From the IMG/VR virus record IMGVR_UViG_3300045243_000055, positions 1 through 61,432 of that record: a stretch of DNA of 61,432 nucleotides; one strand, 5' to 3'. Both the position numbers and the translations under genes were made by a program. Below the pieces are notes generated by a model. That model worked only from the letters and a program-made list of their open reading frames with translations. It did not search any database and was not told the origin of the DNA. This stretch comes from a virus. Lineage: Duplodnaviria; Caudoviricetes. Positions within the stretch are counted from its first letter, which is position 1. The number at the start of each line of letters is the position of its first letter. Shown here one piece after another: positions 48,565 through 58,786 of the stretch.

Positions 48565-50058
48565 ATGTCCGGCACGCTCGCATTTCGTTACTTCCCCGCG
48601 CAGACCTGGCGCCCGAGCGGTGTCTACGCTGAGTTCGATCCGTCGCAGGCAAATACTGCGATCCAGCCGCTCCGCGCGCTCATCATCGGCCAGAAGCTCG
48701 CCATCGGCACCGGCCCGGTCGACACGCCGGTGCTCGGCTACAGCCAGGATCAGGTCAACGGGCTCGCCGGCGTCAACTCGATGCTGGCGAACATGTACGC
48801 GGCCTACCGCGCGCAGGACCCGTTCGGTGAATGCTGGGTGCTGCCCGTGGCCGACGCTGCCGCAGGCCTCGCGGGCGCCAGCACCATCGTGGTCGCCGGC
48901 CCGGCCACGGCGGTCGGCACCATCGTGCTCTATGTCGGCGGCGTCGCGGTGCCGGTCAGCGTGAACAGCGGCGATGCCTCAACCGCGATCGCCACCAACA
49001 TCGCCGCCGCCATCAACAACACCGGCATGGTCATGCCTGTGACCGCCAGCGTCGCTTCCAGCACCGTCACCGTGACCGCTGACCACAAGGGCGCCGCCGC
49101 CGCCGACATCGACCTCCGGGTGAATTACTACGGGGCGAGAAACGGCGAAGTGCTGCCGCCGGGGGTTACGCTGACCATCACCACCACCGTGGTCGGCACC
49201 ACCAATCCGGTGCTGACCGCCGGGCTCGCCAACTGCGGCGAAATGCCGTTCGACTTCATCGCCAATCCCTACACCGACGCGGTCAGCCTTACCGCGCTTG
49301 AGAACTTCCTGTCCGATCAGTCGGGCAGGTGGTCGGCGATCGAGATGCTGTACGGCCACGTGTTCACCGCCTACCGTGGCACGGTCGCGGCGCGCTCGTC
49401 GTTCGGCAACGGGCGCAACAGCCAGCACGTCTCGTGTCTAGGCTTCTACGACAGCCCGACCCCGGCGTGGCTCGAGGCTGCGGACTTTGCCGGGGCGCAC
49501 GCGGCGCGCATCCGGGTGAACCCGGCGATGGGGGTCACCGATCAGGCGCTCAACTTGCTGGCGCCGCCGGTCGCCTCGCGCGACACGCCGGCCAGCCGCA
49601 ACGTGCTGCTCTACGACGGTGTCAGCACGTTCTTCGTGGATGCCGCCGGTCAGTCGCGCATCGACCGCAGCATCACCATGTGGCAGACCAACCCGAGCGG
49701 GCAGATCGACGACAGCTACCTGCAAACCAACCTGATGTTCCAGGCGGCTTACTCGGCGCGCTACATCAAGTCGCAACTGACCTCGATGTATATCGCCGCC
49801 GGCAAGATCCTGGTCGAGGACGGCACCCCCATCCCGCCCGGTGCGCCCGCCACGACGCCCTCCACGATCTTCCAAAGCACGGTCGCCATCTATGCGTATC
49901 TGGCCTCGGTGTTCGTGGTGCAGGACGTCGCAACGTTCGCGAAGAACGGCTACGCCCGGAAGGGGCAGAAGGGCCAAGTCTTGTTGTATCTTCCAATAAA
50001 CTTCAGCGATCAGTTAGTCCAAATCGCCTGTCTTGTGCAGTTCCGCCAGACGACATAG
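48565..50058 (+). CDS. Contractile tail sheath (Mu gpL-like)
   Basis: YAEFDPSQAN, RALIIGQ, FDFIANPYTD, LLYDGVST. Confidence 0.9.
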   Translation: MSGTLAFRYFPAQTWRPSGVYAEFDPSQANTAIQPLRALIIGQKLAIGTGPVDTPVLGYSQDQVNGLAGVNSMLANMYAAYRAQDPFGECWVLPVADAAAGLAGASTIVVAGPATAVGTIVLYVGGVAVPVSVNSGDASTAIATNIAAAINNTGMVMPVTASVASSTVTVTADHKGAAAADIDLRVNYYGARNGEVLPPGVTLTITTTVVGTTNPVLTAGLANCGEMPFDFIANPYTDAVSLTALENFLSDQSGRWSAIEMLYGHVFTAYRGTVAARSSFGNGRNSQHVSCLGFYDSPTPAWLEAADFAGAHAARIRVNPAMGVTDQALNLLAPPVASRDTPASRNVLLYDGVSTFFVDAAGQSRIDRSITMWQTNPSGQIDDSYLQTNLMFQAAYSARYIKSQLTSMYIAAGKILVEDGTPIPPGAPATTPSTIFQSTVAIYAYLASVFVVQDVATFAKNGYARKGQKGQVLLYLPINFSDQLVQIACLVQFRQTT

Positions 50059-50143
50059 TAACGTTCTGACTAATACCCATGTGATATAGCGAAGGGCCGG
50101 GCGCTGTAACGCCACGGCCCCTCTGACCAACGCAGGCAATGGG

Positions 50144-51070
50144 GTGCCCACAGTGGCTAAGGACAATGATGCCTACACCGAGAGGCGGCGGGAAGAGTCT
50201 CGGCGCCAACGGGTGCGCGATCGTGCCATCAGACTTGGTCTGCCTGTGCCTGATGAGGCTCGTTTGCGTTATCGGCCCGTCGCCACGTCGGAGGATGAGC
50301 GGCGCGAGCGACAGCGGGAGTATGACCGGCAGAAGTACGCAAAATGCCGCGATCGCATCAATGCCGGTAACAAGGCTCGCTATGCTGCGAAGCGGGAAGT
50401 CTACAATGCGGCGCGGAACAGCAAGCGGGCAGCCAATCCTGAGCCATACCGAGAGAAGGCGAGGCGCGACCGACCGAAGTATCGCGAGAAGTCGATCGCC
50501 GCTGTGCGCAGGTGGCACGTCGAACACCGGGACGAGATCAAGGCCAAACGCAAAGCGGACTACGCCGCCAACACCGAGCAGCATCGCCTGCTGAATAAGG
50601 AAAACTACAGGCGCAATCGCGAGGCGCGCATCGCCTACATGGTCGAGTGGCGCAAGCAGAACCCCGGATACGATACAGACCGTAAGAAGGTCGATATCCA
50701 GTTCAGGCTGGCGAAGGCCTTAAGGAGCCGCCTGCAAGCCGCCATGCGAAAGAAACGGATCGCCAAGGCGGCGGGCACGCTGGAACTGTGCGGCTGCGAT
50801 CTTCCGACCCTGAAGCAGCACATCGAGGCGCAATTCCTGCCCGGTATGTCCTGGGCGAACTGGACGATGCACGGCTGGCATGTCGATCACATCAGGCAGG
50901 TCTGCACGTTCGATCTGACCGATCCTGACCAGCAGAGGTTGGCGTTCCACTACACCAATCTCCGGCCGTTATGGGCGGAGGACAACAGGACGCGGCCTCA
51001 TAGGTCGCTGCGTCGCAAGATGAAAGGAGAGCCCGATGTCAGGAACTTTGGCGCCATCAACTCCGACTAA
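50144..51070 (+). CDS. Free-standing HNH/EndoVII-like homing endonuclease
   Basis: Basic helical repeats then HIEAQFLPGMSWAN..WHVDHI..FHYTNLRPLWAEDN. Confidence 0.75.
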   Translation: MPTVAKDNDAYTERRREESRRQRVRDRAIRLGLPVPDEARLRYRPVATSEDERRERQREYDRQKYAKCRDRINAGNKARYAAKREVYNAARNSKRAANPEPYREKARRDRPKYREKSIAAVRRWHVEHRDEIKAKRKADYAANTEQHRLLNKENYRRNREARIAYMVEWRKQNPGYDTDRKKVDIQFRLAKALRSRLQAAMRKKRIAKAAGTLELCGCDLPTLKQHIEAQFLPGMSWANWTMHGWHVDHIRQVCTFDLTDPDQQRLAFHYTNLRPLWAEDNRTRPHRSLRRKMKGEPDVRNFGAINSD

Positions 51071-51437
51071 CAGGCGTCTGGCCGGAATCACAAGCTTCTC
51101 GGTCGACGGGAGTAATTTCAATGTCACCGAGTTCAGTTGGGACCCTGGGCCGGTCGAGCGCGAGACCATGACCTCGCTCTCCGGCGTGGACGGCTACCGC
51201 GAATTGCCGGTGGCCGCCTACATCGCCGGGAAGTTCCGCGACGCGCAGAGCGTGAACGTGTCGGGCTTCGTGGGGTTAACCGACGCGACGGTTGTGGTTC
51301 AGTTGGCGAATGGCAAGCAGGTCGTGGGCCATAATCTCTGGTACATCGCTCGGCCGGCGGTGTCCGGCGCCGACGCCACCTTCGACTTCCGCTTCGAGGG
51401 CGCGCAGGGCACCGTTCAGGAACTCGGCGTCGGATGA
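51036..51437 (+). CDS. Tail tube protein (Mu gpM-like)
   Basis: RLAGI, GVDGYRELP, QLANGK; AAGGAG RBS. Confidence 0.85.
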   Translation: MSGTLAPSTPTNRRLAGITSFSVDGSNFNVTEFSWDPGPVERETMTSLSGVDGYRELPVAAYIAGKFRDAQSVNVSGFVGLTDATVVVQLANGKQVVGHNLWYIARPAVSGADATFDFRFEGAQGTVQELGVG

Positions 51438-51769
51438 GCTATACCAACGGCGAATGGCACGCCCCGCCTGAGCCCGTCACCTGGGAGCTTGCGACGCCGC
51501 TCGCGTTCGGCTCGGCCACCTACCCGACCATCACGCTGCGCGCGCCGACCGCCGGGGACGTGCTCAAGGCGACTGCGGTGCGCGGGTCCAGTGGCATGGA
51601 GGTCGCGCTGCGGCTGATCGCCACCATCAGCGCCGAGCGCGTGCCGTATGAAGCGCTGCTCACCCTGCCGGCGTGGTTGGCCGACCAGATGGGCCAGTAC
51701 CTCGACAGCTTCGCGGGAGCGCCACCCCCGCCCCCTTTGCGCAGGCCGGTCGCGTCGTCGCCGGCGTAG
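51434..51769 (+). CDS. Tail assembly chaperone (-1 frameshift extends it to 51969)
   Basis: ITLRAPTAGD; slippery C-CCT-TTG at 51733-51739. Confidence 0.8.
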   Translation: MSYTNGEWHAPPEPVTWELATPLAFGSATYPTITLRAPTAGDVLKATAVRGSSGMEVALRLIATISAERVPYEALLTLPAWLADQMGQYLDSFAGAPPPPPLRRPVASSPA

Positions 51770-51968
51770 TCCGTCTGCCGGACGTGATCTGGGCCGGTGC
51801 GCAATGGCTGCCGCTGCTCGGCGAGTCGGATGAACTGCGCGTCGGCCTCGCCATGACGGCGCGCTTCTACGGCGACGGGATCGCCTGGGCGATGTCGCTG
51901 CCGCTGCCCGAACTGATGCGCTGGAACCGGCTGATGCGGCAGGTGCACGACGCTGAACGGGGGCGGTG

Positions 51969-54011
51969 ATGTCAGGCAGCACCGGCGGCTTCTCGGTCAC
52001 CATCACCGCCAAAGATGGCGCGTCGAAAACGATCGACGACATCAACAAGCGCCTCGACGCGATGGCGAAGAAGATGGCCGCCACGTCGGCCCAGGGTGCC
52101 AAGGTCGGCGCGGACACGTCGGGCCTGACGCGGCTTACCGAAGGCTTCAAGAGCACCGCCACCAGTTCCGCCGACTTCTACCGCTCACTCGACAAGATCG
52201 TGCCGGCGATGTCGGCGCTGACCGGCGCCACGACGCTCGCCGGCATGGCGGCGCTGACCCGTCGCTTCGCCGAGCTAGGCCAGAGTACTTCCAACATCGC
52301 CTACCAACTCAACACGCCGGTCGAAAAGCTCGGCGCGCTGCGCGGCGCGGTGCGCCTCGTCGGGGTCAGCACGTCCGCCCTCGAAAGCTCGATGGCGGGG
52401 CTGCAGAAAACCATGGGCGACGCGGCGTGGGAGCGCAGCGGCACGGCCGTCGCTGCATTCAAGCAACTCGGTGTCGATCCCGGCAGCGCCGCCCAGCATC
52501 GTTTCCGTCAGGTCGCCGATGTGCTGGGCGACGTGGCCGAGGCGATCAAGGGCATGGACGCCCCGACGCAGGCCCGCACGCTTGAGTCGCTCGGTATCAG
52601 CACCGAGATGCTGCCGGCACTGAAGAACGGCCGCAAGGCGTTCGAGGACCTGCAGAACGAGGCCTTAAAGACCGGCGGCGTGATGTCCAAGGACATGGTG
52701 AAGCACGCCGAGGACATGAACCACGCTTGGGTCAATCTGTCGGAGACGATCGAGGGCGTCGGCAACCGGCTGGTGGATCACTACGCGCCAAAGGTGACTG
52801 AAATCCTCAAGCGCACCTCAACGTGGATCCAGAACAACCAGGACCTCGCCGATAGCATTGCCAAGATCGGCATCGCGGTCACCGGGCTGGTGGCGATCAA
52901 GCCGGCACTCTGGGTGCTGCGTCTGCTCGGTCTGGCAAACCCGGTGACGGGAGCCATAGTGGGGACCGCCGCAGGGGCAGCCGCAGCCTACGAGACAGGA
53001 GCCAAGGGCGCCCGTGCTGCCGACCTCGGCTTCGAGCCGTCCGCCACGCCGGGCTCGATGGACGAGTTCGGCAACGTGTTCTCGTGGACCAATCCGAAGA
53101 CGGGCGAGACGCTGACTGCCGCCGAGATGGACAAGCGCCTCGAGGAACAGAAAGAGCGGATCGACAAGATCGAGAGGGAGCGCCAGGGGACACCCGGCCC
53201 GCAGTCGAGCAATGCCGGCCCTGGCACGCGACAACTTGCCTCCAACGACTCGTCGATGCCGCAGATGAGCGGCGAGACTGGCCCAGGTGGTCGCACCTAC
53301 CAGCAATGGGACCCGAAGGACTGGTATCACCCCGGCGGCAGCACGGCAGCCCAAGGCGGGCAGATCACCGGCGACACGCAGGCCGACTCGGCGATCAGCA
53401 AGGCGGAGTTCACCCGCAAGATGATGCCGCTCGCCGAAGCCGCGAGCGCACAGACCGGCGTGGATGCCCGGATCATCTTCGCACAGGCGGCGCTTGAGTC
53501 AGGCTGGGGGCGGCGCGCACCGCAGAACAATTACTTCGGCATCAAGGGCAAGGGCGCGTTCCTGATGACCAAGGAGTTCATCAACGGTCGCATGGTCGAC
53601 GTGCCGCAGAGCTTCGCCGGCTACGGCTCGATGGAAGGCAGCGTGCAGGGGTATGCCGACCTGATTAAAAACAGCCGGCGCTACACCGCATTCCGTACCG
53701 CCAGAGGGGTTGATGCGCAGATCGACGAGCTTGACCGCTCCGGCTACTACACCGACCCGAACTACAAGGCGAAACTCCGCACCGTCGTGTCCAGCCTGCC
53801 CGCGCCAGGGCCGCCGGCGCTGGCCTTTCAGCCCCCACCAACCGGCGCGGCGGGAGGTCGCCAGAACGGCGGCGGACAGGCCGGCCATGTCCGGGTGGAC
53901 GTGAACCTGCGTGGCGCGCCGCCCGGCACCTCGGCGCAGGTCGATACCAGGGGCGCCGTGCGCGCCGCACCGCCACGCATCGAAACCGCCATGAGCGCAG
54001 GTGTCGCCTGA
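51969..54011 (+). CDS. Tape measure protein with C-terminal GH73/FlgJ-like muramidase domain
   Basis: Ala-rich helical body; AQAALESGWG..NNYFGIK..GYYTDPNY. Confidence 0.85.
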   Translation: MSGSTGGFSVTITAKDGASKTIDDINKRLDAMAKKMAATSAQGAKVGADTSGLTRLTEGFKSTATSSADFYRSLDKIVPAMSALTGATTLAGMAALTRRFAELGQSTSNIAYQLNTPVEKLGALRGAVRLVGVSTSALESSMAGLQKTMGDAAWERSGTAVAAFKQLGVDPGSAAQHRFRQVADVLGDVAEAIKGMDAPTQARTLESLGISTEMLPALKNGRKAFEDLQNEALKTGGVMSKDMVKHAEDMNHAWVNLSETIEGVGNRLVDHYAPKVTEILKRTSTWIQNNQDLADSIAKIGIAVTGLVAIKPALWVLRLLGLANPVTGAIVGTAAGAAAAYETGAKGARAADLGFEPSATPGSMDEFGNVFSWTNPKTGETLTAAEMDKRLEEQKERIDKIERERQGTPGPQSSNAGPGTRQLASNDSSMPQMSGETGPGGRTYQQWDPKDWYHPGGSTAAQGGQITGDTQADSAISKAEFTRKMMPLAEAASAQTGVDARIIFAQAALESGWGRRAPQNNYFGIKGKGAFLMTKEFINGRMVDVPQSFAGYGSMEGSVQGYADLIKNSRRYTAFRTARGVDAQIDELDRSGYYTDPNYKAKLRTVVSSLPAPGPPALAFQPPPTGAAGGRQNGGGQAGHVRVDVNLRGAPPGTSAQVDTRGAVRAAPPRIETAMSAGVA

Positions 54012-55372
54012 TGTCGGGCTTCCAGAACATCACTGGCTTCGCGCCGCCGACCAGCTTCGGCGGCTTCATGTCGCTGCTGCAGAACGCGATGTGGAGAGGC
54101 ATCCCGTTTCACGTGACGGGTGCCGTCGTTCGCAAGGGCCGCAAGCAGGCGGTGCACAACTATTCGTTCAGAGACGGCGTGTGGGTCGAGGACATGGGCC
54201 GCGCGCCCCGGCAGTACTCGTTCTCGGGCTATCTGATCGGCGACCTCGCCCCGGCCATGCAACTCGCCCTCGATGCCGCCTGTGAGGCGCGAGGGCCGGG
54301 GATGCTCATTCATCCGACGATCGGCGCGGTGCGCTGCTCGCTGACGTCGTGCGCCTCGTCGGTGCGGCGCGACGCCATGCGCGTCATCGAAGTGCAGTTC
54401 GAGTTCCTAGAGGCGGGCGAGCAGATATTCCCGGTCGCGCTGATCGGCGCGGCGGTGGGCGTGCTCGCATCGGTCGCTTCGGCGCTGATCGGCGTCGGCT
54501 CGTCGCTCGGTGGCGTCGCCGCCGCATCGCACGCCAGCGCCTCGACCATCAGTGCGGGCAAGGCCGCCGGCACCGCGTTCGCTAATGCCGCGCTGGGCTA
54601 CGCCAGCGACCCCGCCATGCTGGTCGCCATGCCGATCGGCATGGTCGCCGCCGATGGGTTCTCGCTCGGTCGCTACAACGTCGGCAACGCCACTGTGCGG
54701 CAGGCGGACAGCGTGACCGTGCCTGCGCTGCAAGCTGACATCGCCGTCGAGCGCGATCAGGTGGCGCAGCTTGGCGACGCCGCCGTGGTGGCGATCGGCG
54801 GCACCACGCAGGCGTCGGCGCAGGACGTGATCGACGCGCTCGATGCGATGACCGACACCATGCGTCAGATGATGACCGACCCGGCCGATCAGACGCGCAC
54901 GCTGCTGATCCTTGCCGGGTTCACCTACGTCATCCCCAACACCGGCTCCTATATCGGCGCCGACATCGCAGGCGTCGGCAACGCCGTCGTGGCAGCCTGT
55001 CGCCGCGTGGCGCTCGCCAACCTCGCCCGCGCCTCGTCTTCCTATCAGCCGCACAGCTATGACGACGCGGCGGCGCAGCGGGCGCTGATAGCCGCAGCCT
55101 TCGACGCCGAAATCACTGTGGCCGGGGATGCAGGTGACGACGACGCCTACACCGCGCTGAAGGACCTTCGCTCCGGTGTGGTCGCCGACCTGACTCGGCG
55201 TGGAGCTTCGCTGCCGCCAGTCGCCACCGTCGCATTCCGCACGTCGCTGCCGGCGCTGACGCTGGCGCAGATGCTCTACCGCGACGCCTCCCGGTCGGAC
55301 GAACTGGTGGGCGAGGCCGCGGTGCCGCATCCCGCGTTCATGCCGCTGAGCTTCAAGGCCTTGGCGGCATGA
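54011..55372 (+). CDS. DNA circulation protein (Mu gpN-like)
   Basis: WRGIPF, VEDMGR, LIHPTIG, PHPAFMP. Confidence 0.85.
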   Translation: MSGFQNITGFAPPTSFGGFMSLLQNAMWRGIPFHVTGAVVRKGRKQAVHNYSFRDGVWVEDMGRAPRQYSFSGYLIGDLAPAMQLALDAACEARGPGMLIHPTIGAVRCSLTSCASSVRRDAMRVIEVQFEFLEAGEQIFPVALIGAAVGVLASVASALIGVGSSLGGVAAASHASASTISAGKAAGTAFANAALGYASDPAMLVAMPIGMVAADGFSLGRYNVGNATVRQADSVTVPALQADIAVERDQVAQLGDAAVVAIGGTTQASAQDVIDALDAMTDTMRQMMTDPADQTRTLLILAGFTYVIPNTGSYIGADIAGVGNAVVAACRRVALANLARASSSYQPHSYDDAAAQRALIAAAFDAEITVAGDAGDDDAYTALKDLRSGVVADLTRRGASLPPVATVAFRTSLPALTLAQMLYRDASRSDELVGEAAVPHPAFMPLSFKALAA

Positions 55373-56637
55373 GCGACGTCCTCGGCTCGGTCACGTCGTT
55401 CCTCGGCTGGGGTCAGGCTGCGGACCCGCAGGACGAGGTCTCGATCGAGATCGGCTCTGACAAGCTGGTCGGCTGGGAAGGCGTCAGCATCACGCGCAGC
55501 GCGGAGTCGTTCCCCAACGCTTTCGTGCTCGCCGCCGCCGAAGCCTATCCCAACGACCCCAAGCGGATGATCGCTGATCCCGGCAAGGCGGGCGTGGTGA
55601 AGGTCAAGATCGGCGCCGATCTGGTCGTCACAGGATACGTCGATCGCTACGACATCCGCACGGCGGTGACCTCGCATGAGGTCGCCATCTCCGGGCGAGG
55701 GTTGTGCTGCGATCTGGTGGATTGCTCCGCCGATCTGCTCGGCATGGGGCTCGTCGGTGCGTTCATCAGCGCCACCGACATGCTTGATCTGGCGACCAAA
55801 CTGCTCACCCCGTTCAAGCTCAAGGTGCGGCTGGTCGGTGACGACAAGGGCCGCTCGATCCCGGGCTTTCAGGTGGCGCTCGGCGAGACCTCCTACGAAA
55901 TTCTTGAGCGTGTCGCCCGTTACTCTGGCTTCCTGCTCTACGAGGATGCCGAGGGCGTGCTGGTGATCGATCGCGTCGGCACCAAGGAAATGGGCAGCGG
56001 GTTCACGGAACCGGGCAACATCGAGGCCGCCGCTTCGTCGCTCTCCATCGACCAGAGGTTTTCCGAATACACCGTGGTGTGGAACACCGTCGCGCAGTAC
56101 TCCGACATCAACCCGATCGGCAACCAGCGCACGCCGCCGATCAAGGACGAGACGATGCCGCGCAAGCGTCCGCGCATCATTGTGTCGGAGCAGGTGACGC
56201 CGGACTTCGACTTCGCCAAGGAACGGGCGAACTGGGAGATGGCGCGCCGCATCGGCCGCAGTCAGGCCATGCAGATCACCTGCGATAGCTGGCGCGACAC
56301 CAAAGGCGAGCTATGGCAGCCGAACCGGCTGGCGACCATCAGGGCCCCCGCGCACAAGCTGGGCGAGGTCAAGTGGATCATCGGCAGCGTCACCTACCGC
56401 AAGGACCATTCCGGCACCCATGCTGATCTGCTGCTGATGCCGCCCGATGCGTTCAAGCCTGAGCCGTCGCCGCTGCAACTGTGGGATCGCCAGATCATGG
56501 AGGGCGTGCAGCAGTCGCAGGCGCCGAAGCCGCCGAGCCCGCAGGATCCGCCGGCCGCCAATGCCGAGACGATGGGTGCGCCAGAGAGCAACTTTAAACC
56601 GTCTGAGCCGCCCGAGCCCCCTGGCACGGTGTCCTGA
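55369..56637 (+). CDS. Baseplate hub (Mu gpP/gp44-like)
   Basis: GWEGVSITRS, DLVDCS, LWQPN. Confidence 0.85.
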   Translation: MSDVLGSVTSFLGWGQAADPQDEVSIEIGSDKLVGWEGVSITRSAESFPNAFVLAAAEAYPNDPKRMIADPGKAGVVKVKIGADLVVTGYVDRYDIRTAVTSHEVAISGRGLCCDLVDCSADLLGMGLVGAFISATDMLDLATKLLTPFKLKVRLVGDDKGRSIPGFQVALGETSYEILERVARYSGFLLYEDAEGVLVIDRVGTKEMGSGFTEPGNIEAAASSLSIDQRFSEYTVVWNTVAQYSDINPIGNQRTPPIKDETMPRKRPRIIVSEQVTPDFDFAKERANWEMARRIGRSQAMQITCDSWRDTKGELWQPNRLATIRAPAHKLGEVKWIIGSVTYRKDHSGTHADLLLMPPDAFKPEPSPLQLWDRQIMEGVQQSQAPKPPSPQDPPAANAETMGAPESNFKPSEPPEPPGTVS

Positions 56638-57173
56638 TGTCCGGGTCGCTCGAGGCCCGTGTGGCGGCTCTGGAACGCCATATAGACCGGCTTGAGCGGC
56701 GGATGCGTTTGAGCGCCGGGGTCAGCTTCGCGCGCACCACCCTGCCGCCGAAAGACACCGGGGCAATCCAGACGGTGCAGAGCCAGCTTGATCCGCTGTC
56801 CGTCCGCAATGACCTGCCGGTGCTGTTCCACTACGGCTTCAGTTCGGCGATGCCGGTCGGCGGCGACAAGCTGGTGGTGCACGGCTACGGTGAGCGGTCC
56901 TCTGCCATCGCGGTCGCGACCGGCCATCAGCAGTACCGCTTCAAGAGCCTGAACACCGGCGAGGTCGTGCTGCACGATATGTGGGGCAACTCGATCCGGC
57001 TGACGCAGCACGAGATCGTTGTCACCGGCACGCTGCACGTGATCGGCGACATCAAGGCGACCGGCGGCGTGATAGCCGGGCTCTCGACCGGGGATCAGGT
57101 CACCCTCCAACAGCACCGTCACGGCCTGGGCACCGCTGTCGCCGGCACGTCGGTGCCGTCACCGGGGACCTGA
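56637..57173 (+). CDS. Baseplate spike (Mu gp45-like)
   Basis: HYGFSS, GEVVLHD, C-terminal HRH. Confidence 0.85.
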   Translation: MSGSLEARVAALERHIDRLERRMRLSAGVSFARTTLPPKDTGAIQTVQSQLDPLSVRNDLPVLFHYGFSSAMPVGGDKLVVHGYGERSSAIAVATGHQQYRFKSLNTGEVVLHDMWGNSIRLTQHEIVVTGTLHVIGDIKATGGVIAGLSTGDQVTLQQHRHGLGTAVAGTSVPSPGT

Positions 57174-57174
57174 C

Positions 57175-57618
57175 ATGGACATTTCGCTTCTGTGGGACGC
57201 GCCGAACGCGCGCGGCGACTTCGCGATGTCCGGCGCCGGGCTGGCGATCGGCAACGACCTCGAGAGCGCCATCCTCATCAGCCTGTTCACCGATCAGGTT
57301 TCGGACCCTGCTGACATCCTGCCGCCGGACGAGCAGCGCGATCCTCGCGGCTGGTGGGCCGACACCTACGAGCAGGACCAGATCGGCAGTCGGCTCTGGC
57401 AGGCGTTCTGGCGGGTGCGCAATCAGGACACGCTGAACTGGGCGCGCGACACCACGACGCGGGCGCTGCAATGGCTGATCGACGACGGCGTGGCGAGCGC
57501 GGTCGATGTCGTGCCGACGTTCTACGGCAGCGGCGGGCTGGCCCTGCACATCGCCGTCACCCGGCCGGCTGGGGTGTCCGTCTACCAATTTGCCTGGGAC
57601 CAACTGAGCGGCCCCTGA
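57175..57618 (+). CDS. Mu gp46-like baseplate protein
   Basis: AILISLFTD, RGWWAD, GSRLW, ALQWLIDDGVA. Confidence 0.9.
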   Translation: MDISLLWDAPNARGDFAMSGAGLAIGNDLESAILISLFTDQVSDPADILPPDEQRDPRGWWADTYEQDQIGSRLWQAFWRVRNQDTLNWARDTTTRALQWLIDDGVASAVDVVPTFYGSGGLALHIAVTRPAGVSVYQFAWDQLSGP

Positions 57619-57637
57619 TCCACACGGAGGCTGCCCG

Positions 57638-58786
57638 GTGCCCTTCACGCGGCCAACACTCACCACGCTGCGCACGCAGGCGATGCAGGACATCACGGCG
57701 TCGGACCTGCCCGGCGCCGATGGTCTGCTGCGCCGCTCCGCGCTGCGCGTGCTGGCCTGGGTGCAAGCGGGCCTCGCACACCTGCACTACGGCTTCCTCG
57801 ACTGGATTTCGCGGATGGCGGTCCCCTTCACCGCCGAGGCAGAATTCCTCGAAGCCTGGGCGGCGCTGAAGGGCGTCACCCGCAAGGCGCCGACCAAGAC
57901 CACCGGCACCGCGACCTTCGCCGGCACCAACGGGGTGGTGATCCCTGCCGCGACGGCGGTGAACCGCAGCGACAACGCGGGCTTCGTCACCGGCCCCGCC
58001 GTGACCATCGCCAGCGGCAGCGCGGTGGTGAGCATGACGGCAGCCGTAGCAGGCAGCACCGGCAACTTCGATGCCGGGACCGTGTTCACACTGGCCGTCG
58101 CCATCGCCGGGGTCTCACCAGTCTCCACATCGTCCGCCCAGGTCACCGCCGGCACCGACCTCGAAACCGACGACAGCCTGCGCACGCGGATGCTGCAGGT
58201 CTACGCGGCGCCTCCGCAGGGCGGCGACCGGATGGACTACATCGAATGGGCGCTCTCCGTGCCGGCCGTCACCCGCGCCTGGATCGCCCCGATGCTGATG
58301 GGGCCTGGCTCGGTGTCGGTCTACGTGATGATGGACGTTGCCAACGCCTCCCATCAGGGGTTCCCACAAGGGACCAATGGCGTGTCGACCGGCGACCCGC
58401 GCGCGGCCCCGGCGACCGGCGATCAGCTAACCGTCGCCAACGCCATCCTGCCGGTGCAGCCGGTCACCGCGCTGGTCTACGCCAACGCCCCGATCGCCTA
58501 CCCGGTGAACGTCACCGTCGCCGATCTTGGCGCCAACAACACCGCTGCCATGCAGGCGTCGATCACCGCTGCCCTGGTGGATATGTTCCTGCGGCTCGGT
58601 CAGGTCGGCGGCACCGTCGATCCGACGCTCGGCACGCACTGGCCGCCGCTTGAGCCGTCCGACTTCTACACCGCACTCGCCGCGATCCCTGGCCTCGCCG
58701 ACTTCGACATCAACGCGCCGGTCGATGCCGTCACATCGCCGCCCGGCAACCTGCCGGTGCTCGGCACCGTGACGTTCGTCACCTGA
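57638..58786 (+). CDS. Baseplate J / Mu gp47-like protein
   Basis: PFTRPTL, ETDDSLRTR, PPQGG..DYIEWA. Confidence 0.9.
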   Translation: MPFTRPTLTTLRTQAMQDITASDLPGADGLLRRSALRVLAWVQAGLAHLHYGFLDWISRMAVPFTAEAEFLEAWAALKGVTRKAPTKTTGTATFAGTNGVVIPAATAVNRSDNAGFVTGPAVTIASGSAVVSMTAAVAGSTGNFDAGTVFTLAVAIAGVSPVSTSSAQVTAGTDLETDDSLRTRMLQVYAAPPQGGDRMDYIEWALSVPAVTRAWIAPMLMGPGSVSVYVMMDVANASHQGFPQGTNGVSTGDPRAAPATGDQLTVANAILPVQPVTALVYANAPIAYPVNVTVADLGANNTAAMQASITAALVDMFLRLGQVGGTVDPTLGTHWPPLEPSDFYTALAAIPGLADFDINAPVDAVTSPPGNLPVLGTVTFVT

